From the NCBI RefSeq assembly GCF_004010195.1, contig NC_057719.1, forward strand, positions 5,208,412 to 5,262,985: a DNA stretch of 54,574 bases, written 5' to 3'. Below the pieces are notes generated by a model. The model saw nothing but the letters and a program-made list of their open reading frames with translations, was not told the origin of the DNA and did no database searches. Below are positions 45,901-54,574 of the stretch, piece by piece. Every line of letters begins with the position of its first letter. Position 1 is the stretch's first letter. The position numbers and the translations under genes were made by a program. Source of the stretch: Chiloscyllium plagiosum. Its lineage: Eukaryota.

Positions 45901-48900
45901 GATCTTTTCTTGGACTCAGATCCACTTGCCCACCCCTTCACCATATCCCTTAATTCCTTTATTTAAAAAAAAATCTTCCTTCCCTTTAAAAACGTTTTCT
46001 GAAGTAGCGTCAACTACTTCCCTCGGCAAGGAATTCAATTAGATTTACAACCCTCTGGGTGAAGAAGTTCCTTCTCAATTCAGTCCTAAATCTGCTCCTC
46101 CTAATCTTGAGGCTATGCCCCCTTGTTCTAGTTTCACCTGCCAGCGGAAACAGCCCCTCTACTTTTATCTCATCCATTCCGTTCATAATTTTATATGTTT
46201 CTATAAGATCCCCCCATCATTCTTCTGAATTCCAATGAATATAATCCCAGTCTACTCAATCACTCCTCATAAGCCAACCCCCTCAACTCCGGAATCAACC
46301 TAGTGAACCTCCTCTGCACCCCCTCTAGGGTCAGTATATCCTTTCTCAAGTAAGGAGACCAAAACTGCATGCAGTACTCCAGGTGTGGCCTCACCAGCAC
46401 CTTGTACAATTGCAACATAACCTCTCTGCTTTTTAACTCAATCCATTTAGGAATGAAGGACAAAATTCCATTTGCCGTCCTAATTACTTGTGCCTACAGA
46501 CCAACCCTCTGTGATCCAAACACAAGGACACCCAGGTCCCTCTGCATAGCAGCATGCTGCAACTTTTTAACCATTCAAGTAATAATCCTTTTTACTGTTA
46601 CTCCTGCCAAAATGGATGACTTCACATTTATTAACATCATATTCCATCTGCCCACTCATTCGATGTATCTATGTTCCTCTGCAAAGTTTCACAGTCCTCT
46701 GCACACTTTGCTCTGCCACTCATCTTAGTGTCATCTGCAAACTCTGATACCCTACACGTAGTCCCCAACTCCAAATCATTGATATAAATCAGAAATAATT
46801 GCAGTACCAACACTGTTCCCCGACACACACCACTAGTTACTGATTGCCAGCCAGAATAACACTCATTTATCCCCACTCTTTGCTTCCTGTTGGTCAACCA
46901 TGCTAATACTTTACCCTGAATGCCATGCATCCACACTGCCAATGATTTATAATAAGGAGGTGTTGCGGGTGATGCATGAACTACCAATAGGTGGTCATTT
47001 AGGTGTGAGGAAAACCCAAGCTAAAATACAAAAACATTTTTACTGGCCTGGACTGCACAAAGATTTAGTTGAATTTTGCAAGACATGTCATACATGTCAG
47101 GTAATTGGAAAACCACAGGCAGTAATAAAACCCGCATCTTTAATACCTATTCCTGCATTTGAGGAACCTTTTTCAAGAGTCTTAATTGATTGCGTATGAC
47201 CCCTTCGTATAAGAAAATGTGGGGATCGGTATTTGTTAACAATAATGGCTGTGTCTGCTAGATTTCCAGAGGCTGTTCCACTATGCAATATCACAGCAAA
47301 AAGGATTGTGGAGCAGTTATGCAAATCTTTCACTAACTATGGACTACCCACAGAAATACAATCAGATCATGGTTCAGATCAAACGTCACATCAAAATTAT
47401 TTAAGAAAGTTATGGACAGCATAGGAATAAAACAATTCAAATCTACTGCACACCATCCAGAATTGCAGGGAATGCTATAAAGGTGGCATCAGACATTAGA
47501 GACCATGTTGAGGACATGTAGTCAAGAGTATCCAGATGACTGGGACAAGGAAATTCTGTTTATACTTTTTGCGATCAGAGATGCATCAAATAAATCAACC
47601 AAATTCAGTCTATTTGAATTAGTTTTTGTGCAGAAGTGACAGGATACTAAAATTGATTAAGGAGAAATTGCTAAGTCAAAATTCACATAGTGCATATTTG
47701 TATATATGGACTCCAGACAAAGACATCTCACAGAATTGTCACGTGAATATGCTCAAAACGTATATTGACAGGGAAGGAAAGCCAAAGGAGATTGTGTGAT
47801 TGGTTACATCACAGAGTGAAGAAATAAGTTCAGAGGATTCTAAATTGGACATTCCTCAAGTTAAATTGGACAATGAGGAAGTTGTCAAAAATTGTGATAA
47901 TTTATTGCCTTACCTTCCAGAGGAAAATCAGAATGAACTGAAATAATTATTGCTACTGCATGGGGAGATGTGTGGAAATAAGTGATTTTGCCAATGCCCA
48001 AGTCACCTTCCTGGGCCATGTTGTTGGACATAGACAAATGGTCCCACGGGATGCAAAAACAAAGGGAATTGGGGAGTTTCCCAGACCATCGACAAAAAGA
48101 GCTGTATTGCAATTCCTGAAATTGAGTGGATTTTATCAAAAATTTATACCAACCATTAGCAGTGTGGCTGCTCCACTCACTGAATTACTAAAGAAAGGCA
48201 AGACGTTTCAGTGGACAGTGGATTGTCAGAAGGAATCTGACAGTCTGAAAGCTGTATTAACCACTGCCCCAGTATTGCCACGTCTAATTAGGCAAAACCA
48301 TTCAAGGTGGTTATCGATACGATTGATGTGAGTGTTGGTGCTGTGCTCTTACAGGAAGATGATGAAAAGATAGAAAGACCTACAGATATTTGTCCAGGAA
48401 TTGAATTTTCATCAGCAAAAATATTTGACAGTTGAGACGGAGACTTTGGGCTTGGTGTTGGCATTACAACATTTCCATGTTTATCTTACCAGTAATGTAT
48501 CTGAGCCAATCATATACACTGATCATAGCCCATTAAAGGTTGTGGAGAAATTTAAGGACAAAACTTCCAGATTGTTAGGTTGAGCTTGTTGTTATAGTAT
48601 TTCAATTTGAAAACTGTGCAAGTAGCAGGACAAGGAAACACGATTGCCGACACATTGTTGAGCTGCAAATGTAATACAGAGGCGTTTGATGGTGGGAGTA
48701 AAACAGACTGTAATAGAATTTACTGTGCATATTTGCATGATTATTGTCAATGTAACGTATATATGTTGTAGTGTACTAACAGTGTAAGATTAAGGGGTTT
48801 TAAAATGAAGCCATCTTTAAATATTGATAGTTCATTTTTTATAAGGGGGAAGTGTGACAGTGCTGCTCCTTTAACAAGGTTATATTGTCTTTGGGTATTT

Positions 48901-48980
48901 TTTCAAAGGGGTTGTAAATGCAGAGGCTCCGTTTTGACTGCATTTATCTACTTGCAGAAGCTCTTAAGTTTGAAAACTTA
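42995..48980 (+). mobile_element. Gmr1-like LTR retrotransposon 2 (RT core deleted, 3' LTR truncated)
   Basis: 5' LTR 42995-43686 ending ATAACA; gag LPKFDEK..LIQTKL, CFHCNKVG; protease ILRDTGS; integrase GGHLGVRKT..CHTCQ, EIQSD; VTFLGHVVG/RNase H 47990-48650; PPT 48843-48852; 3' LTR from 48853. Confidence 0.9.
45852..46932 (-). mobile_element. CR1 LINE inserted in the integrase of Gmr1-like element 2
   Basis: QRV.IN..SGWQSVTSGV..YINDL..FADDTK; RPHLEYCMQFWSP; the integrase frame resumes at ~46935. Confidence 0.88.
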
Positions 48981-49029
48981 AGGTTTGGAAAAAACTTAGG
49001 TGAGAGTGAGCTGGAAATTTGATGCAAAA

Positions 49030-49292
49030 TAAATTTTGCCAATTCCAGACAAGCGAGGGAAGTATCACCGACAATGTCATTGATGTATAAAAGAATGAGC
49101 TGTGGGGGGATGGCTGGAATAGGACAGGAACAAGGAATGTTCCACATGCCCCATAAAAAAAAAACAGTCATACATGGGTCCCACAGAGATATCCATGGCC
49201 ATCTCTTTGATTTAAGTAAAGTGAAAGGAGTTAAAGGAGAAGTTGTTCAAAGTGAGGATGTGCTCGGCCAGGCAGATGAGGGTGGTGGGAAA
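49030..49292 (-). mobile_element. Penelope-like element RT core (segment 3 of 3)
   Basis: TTLICLAEHILTLNNFSFN..F, GPMY..FF, LYINDIVG on the minus strand. Confidence 0.7.
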
Positions 49293-49819
49293 CGGTACCA
49301 TCCACAGGGCACACTGCAGAAACTCAACAAGTTTAACATCACATATACACAGAAGCCCAACCAACCAGATGGACAATAGCAGCAGATACTTGGGAACACC
49401 ACCACATGCAAGGTTACCCCCACACCAAACACCACCCTGACTTGGAAATACACTGCCATGCCTAATCACAACTACTGGCAGATCAGCCAGTGGAATGAGC
49501 TGGGAATCTAGCTCTGTCATTTCTCAAACTATATTGACATTCCTTCAGTTTTGCTGGGTCAAAATCCTGGATCTCCCTCTGCAACAATCCTTTGAGTATA
49601 ATTATCTACAGGAATTCAAGAAGGCAGCTTACCATCACCTTCTCCAGGACAACTGGGCCAGACAAATAAACATTTTGTATTTTGAAAAATTGCAATGCTA
49701 ATGTGGAAAGAACACATGAATGAGGCAGGTTCTCTGGAATTTTCACACAGCTGACACTGGCACTGTGAACACATGCCCTTTTTGTCTGCTTTACCTTCAT
49801 GATGATATTGTTTAATATA

Positions 49820-49840
49820 TTCTCTGCTTTTACCCCTAGG
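49820..49840 (+). promoter_or_regulatory. Candidate splice acceptor for the coding exon of paralog C
   Basis: ttctctgcttttacccctAG|G, with AG at 49838-49839, 120 nt upstream of the ATG. Confidence 0.5.
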
Positions 49841-49959
49841 GAGACATATTTCAGGGAAGAAGTATTAAATACAAAATTATATCAAAGTTTGAGGACTGCA
49901 AACTCAGGAGCTCCTGAAAAACGTTTACTGGACAGATCTTTCCAGGGTTGGATTGAACG

Positions 49960-50907
49960 ATGAGCAACTGCACTGTCGACCACGAAATCCACCAGATCCT
50001 GTTTCCCGCTGTCTACATTGGGGTCTTCATCATTGGCCTCCCGACCAACCTGCTGTCCCTGTATCACAGCTACCTACAAATCAGGCAGAAGAATGAGCTG
50101 GGAGTCTATCTCTGTAATCTGACCATCTCAGACCTTTTGTACCTCCTTTCCTTACCTTTGTGGATTCAGTACATGCTGCAGCACGATGACTGGCAACATT
50201 CTCGGGAACTTTGCATCTTCAGCGGTCTGCTCCTCTACCAGAATATTTACATCAGTATTGGCTTCCTCTGCTTCATTGCCATTAACCGCTTCCTTGTTGT
50301 GGCTTACCCTCTGAAATTTAAATTCATACACAGCAGGAAGGCAGCTTTGCTCATCAGTATTCTCATCTGGCTCAAGGAGATAGCCGTCTGCACCATTTAC
50401 ATGGGCTCCAAGGTTCTCAGTAAAGACGAGGGGAATGACACCCTGTGTTTCGAACATTATCCTCTGCGCCTAAAGGACAAATATTTAAATATTTACAAAC
50501 TCTCCATTGGCTTTGGTCTCCCTTTGATTTTATTCCTCTACTCTTACTTTAAACTGTTGAGGGTTGTGCAAAATCTCCGTGGGTCTGAACGACAGCGGAA
50601 ATTAAGAATAAAAAAGTTAGTATCTGGGATAATCATAATTTTCCTGGTTTGCTTTGCCCCTTATCACATTTTCCTGATGGTCCGAAGCATATTTGAGTAC
50701 GACTGTCCCTTTGCTGACAGTATTTTTGAGGTTTACCATGTCGGGCTGCTGCTGATGAGCTTCAACTGTGTGGCCGACCCCATCTTGTACTGTTTTGTCT
50801 CTCCAAGTTCAAAGGGTTGGTTAGCAAGGTTTCTCGATCCTGTTAGCAAGCTCCTTTCTTGTGCAAAAAGGCAAACAATCACAGATGAAAACCTCAGTTT
50901 GAATTAA
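49960..50907 (+). CDS. GPR68: GPR68/OGR1-like GPCR, paralog C (315 aa)
   Basis: Intact 7TM ORF; 5 aa differences from paralog A over residues 1-185; shorter, different C-tail. Confidence 0.9.
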   Translation: MSNCTVDHEIHQILFPAVYIGVFIIGLPTNLLSLYHSYLQIRQKNELGVYLCNLTISDLLYLLSLPLWIQYMLQHDDWQHSRELCIFSGLLLYQNIYISIGFLCFIAINRFLVVAYPLKFKFIHSRKAALLISILIWLKEIAVCTIYMGSKVLSKDEGNDTLCFEHYPLRLKDKYLNIYKLSIGFGLPLILFLYSYFKLLRVVQNLRGSERQRKLRIKKLVSGIIIIFLVCFAPYHIFLMVRSIFEYDCPFADSIFEVYHVGLLLMSFNCVADPILYCFVSPSSKGWLARFLDPVSKLLSCAKRQTITDENLSLN

Positions 50908-51519
50908 TATTGAACCCATCTCTCAAGCTCATTCAGTTGAACAGTTTGCATTGTAATAGCGCCTTTAACATAGTAAAACATTCTCACATATTTAACAAGG
51001 ATTGAGTAAACAAAATGCAGCACCAACAGGGAGAGAGCTGTATGAGAAAAAACAGTGAGTTTGTTGTTCTGTCATTTTCAGTTTTGTTCTACTTTAAATC
51101 GTTTTCACCTCACTCTTGCCATTCAAATCCAAAACTATTCCATTGTCATCCCTCAGGTGTCTGGAGTGAAACACTGCAAACATTTTAAATTGATGTTTTC
51201 ACTGAATTTGTTTCAACAGCTCATAGCACATGTCTGAGACAGGTGGGACTTGAACGTCAAACATCTGACTCAGAGATAGGGTCACTGTCACTGCATAACC
51301 AGAACTGGTTCTAGTCCCATTGTCACTGAGATGTCTCCAAAATTTTTGAGGGAGCCTTGGTGTCTGGGCATCAATAAATGGAGCAAGCCTGAGTTTGCAG
51401 CTCCCTCTCCTGACAGTTCTGAAAACTGCAGGCACTGTCAGCAGGGTCACAATCACTGATTTGTATTCTCATCTTTTATCAACAGTGCAGGAGGCCAGTA
51501 TAAAGTTGGTATCAGCTGT

Positions 51520-52157
51520 ATCAACTTATGAGCAAAGCAGTAGAACAGACAGACCTAGGGGTTCAGGTACATAATTCATCACATATACATAGGATAGTCA
51601 AGAAGGCATTTAGCTCAGACCTTTGAGGATAGGAGTTGGGACATTATGCTAAAATTGTACAGTACATTGGTCAGGCCTCTTCTGGAGTACTGTGTGCAGT
51701 CCTGGTTGGCCTATTACAGGAAGGATATTAATAAAGCTGGAGAGTGGTCAGAACAGATTTACCAGGATGTTACCCTGCTGAGGTCAGGTCTAACCCATAG
51801 CTCCACCTGAGCCATGAGGAGGGCAAACAGGAAGGTCGCAAACCCACTCTGAGCCAGAACTAGGGGTCACAGTTTAAGAATAAAGTCATTCAGGATTGAG
51901 ATGAAGAAGAATTTCGTCACTCCAGAGAGTTGTGAACCTGTGGAATTCTCTCCCACTGAAAGCTATTGGGGCCAGTTCATGGGATACAGTCAAGAGGGAG
52001 ATGGACGTGGTCCTTGTGGCTAAAAGGATCAAAGGGTATAGTGTGAAAGTGGGAGTGAGACACTGAAATTATATGATCAGCCATGATCATATTGAATGGT
52101 AGTGCAGGCTCAAAGCGCCAAATGGCCTACACCTGCACGTTTTAAAATGTTTCTATA
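51520..52157 (+). mobile_element. CR1 3' fragments
   Basis: LVRPLLEYCVQSW, RTRGHSLRI, VVNLWNSL remnants and 3' UTR. Confidence 0.75.
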
Positions 52158-54154
52158 ACTCCTGTTGCTGTTGGCCCTAGTCTATCCGCACTGAATGTCC
52201 ATATCTGAACATGGGGCATTTCTGAAGGACAGTTCAAGAAAGGCATGGCTTTGGGATCGGGTCAAACGCTGTCGTTTCGATACAGAGAACATCAAATGAC
52301 TTGGCATGAGTTTCAGCAGGACTACAAAGGAAAATAAGACTCTGTCAGTGTGACAACCCATGTCAACATATCAAGAAGGGAAGTTTGATGTTAGATTTAC
52401 CAGAAAACAGGACAGAAGCCAACAGGAAAGATCCTGACAAAGCGTCAGAAGGAGACCTTGGATCAACTGGAGATGGACACTTTGGGGTGATTATGGAACT
52501 AATTACTAGAGACATTTTGAACAATTATACTAAATAATTAGGATTTTCTGGGAGCAAACGAACAATGCAACATTTTTTTCATCTTCTTTTCACCTCTTTA
52601 TCAGCCTATTAAATCTGCCATCATTCACTGGAATCAATGTAAATTGTTTTCAAATTGTAATCATCAATAAATACAGCAGATTCATTCAATAAAGTGAACA
52701 AATAATCATTGTAATTCATGGATTAAAACAAGCTATAAATCTGAGCAATTTCATAAGGAACTTTCTGAATGAAATATGAAACCTCCCATAGATTGGAAAG
52801 TTTTTAGTTTGTTTGCCGAATTCCTGTTTGAAGTTACATGTAAAAAGACCTTCTCCCAGAGGAAGGAGTTAATTCAGCACAGTTGGGAAATTGTTTGCAC
52901 AGGGTTTTGGTTTAAAAGTTTCGGATTAGTCTTTGACTCAAACCTGAATGAAATATTTGAAGCTGAGAAAATCTAAACTTAAGTGTAAATAATCCAAGGA
53001 AAAGGTCCATCAAACTCTCAATGCCCAAAATTTAAAGAAATGGGTTATCAAAGAAGTCTGATTCGTCCAATAATACCACCTGCTGGCATCATAACACTAC
53101 AATTTAATGACTATAATGATTGAGGAGGTAGCTCACCACCAACTGGTCCAGGATAATTAAGCATGAACCATAAATGCTGGAAAATCCACATGAATGAAAA
53201 GAAAATCAGACATTTTATACATGCATAATATGGACTATTACATGAGATAAGTTGTATTTCTTGGAAGATGAACAACTGTGGTGAGATTAGATGGTAGTTT
53301 TTAGGATTTTGAAAGAAATTGAAAGGTTAGGTCGTGAGATTTTCCATGAGTGGAGAAACTAATTATAGCATCATAGAATTATTACTGTGTAGTAGAAGGC
53401 CATTTGGCCAATCATGCCTGTACTGGCCCTATTATCTAGTGCTAATCTCCTGCCTCATACCCATGGCAGAGCAGACCAATACTTAGTTATACTCACAAAA
53501 TCACAGCAAAATCATTCAGGACAGACATTAGCAGACATTTTATCACAAATAAACTTTACATTTTTCGCCACCTTTATAAATGGATACATAGCCAATGTCG
53601 ATGACGTTTGCATCCTGGACATTATGATCTCAGTGATACGTGGAATAAAACCTGAAGGGTATTCTGCAACTGTGACATTGATAATCAAACCTCTACACTC
53701 CATCCACATATCAATTCAAATATAAAAATTGCCAATTGCTTCTCTGTTGTATCATTATCCAAAATAAAGAAAAATCCCCTTGGCTTCCTCAGTAAATTCA
53801 AACAATCTGTTTATTATGAACAAAACTTATTCTTAAAGCAAGTAGCAAATACTAATTAACACCTGAGCAATCATTCAGAATTGAAATTTGAGCGATGGAA
53901 TTGTATAATAAAATTTATATTTTAAAAAATCTCTGCAAAAGTAAGGATTTCAAAGAAAAGGCAAAAGTGAAAAAGAAACACGGGATAAAATGTGATGACT
54001 CCTCACATCCCCAGACAGAGTTTGTGTCAATGAGGATGAATAACTGATAGATGTCGATCAATGTTTGATATCCAATTCTGCAATTAAGTTTGTTTTGAAG
54101 CTCAGCATTTGATACCACCCAACCCGTCAGGATGTACCAGATAGGTAGAAATAT

Positions 54155-54574
54155 TAGAAGATAGAACAAAGAACAGTACAGCACAGAACAGGCCCTTCAG
54201 CCCACGATGTTGTGCCGACCACTGATCCTCATGTATGCACCCTCAGATTTCTGTGACCATATGTATGTCGAGGAGTCTCTTAAATGTCCCCAATGACCCT
54301 GCCTCCACAACTGCTGCTGGCAACGCATTCCATGTTCTCACAACTCTCTGTAAAGAACCCGCCTCTGACATCCCCTCTATACTTTCCTCCAACCAGCTTA
54401 AAACTATGACCCCTTGTATTAGTCATTTCTGCACTGGGAAATAGTTTCTGGCTATCGACTCTATGCCTCTCATTACCTTGTATACCTCAATTAGGTCCCC
54501 TCTCCTCCTCCTTTTCTCCAATGAAAAAAGTCCGAGCTCAGTCAACCTCTCCTTATAAGATAAGCCCTCCAGTC
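54155..54574 (-). mobile_element. CR1 LINE 3' end (runs off the window)
   Basis: agaacagtacagcacagaacaggcccttcagccc tail and reverse-complement ORF2 C-terminus. Confidence 0.8.

Overview
Eukaryotic DNA, almost certainly from a shark or other elasmobranch: eight HE1 SINEs and dense CR1-type LINE fragments are present. The only host genes are a tandem cluster of intronless-CDS GPR68/OGR1-like proton-sensing GPCRs: two intact paralogs (76-1104 and 49960-50907) and a more divergent pseudogene (3336-4320). The intact pair is near-identical over the N-terminus to ECL2 and over TM6-ECL3. They diverge in TM5/ICL3, the C-tail and the flanks, which suggests patchy gene conversion. Both carry NRF instead of DRY and altered pH-sensor residues. 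The rest is a stack of mobile elements: two decayed Gmr1-like Ty3/Gypsy LTR retrotransposons (integrase upstream of RT, SCAN-like gag) nested inside one Penelope-like element, a solo LTR with TSD, L1, Rex/Babar, CR1 and SINEs. The most novel-looking signal is a set of short non-coding, often palindromic elements related to Penelope pseudo-LTRs. They carry minimal hammerhead-ribozyme cores (CTGATGA..GAAA..TH), and five copies are flanked by 13-15 bp target-site duplications, so they look like independently mobile, retrozyme-like hairpin elements. Also seen: two templated-insertion scars, a polyA/TSD retro-insertion, a paralogous non-coding block downstream of both intact genes, and a candidate STAT/NF-kB/AP-1 promoter with first exon about 19 kb upstream of the second gene. 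All calls are by eye and from recalled family knowledge; repeat boundaries are approximate unless a TSD is given.
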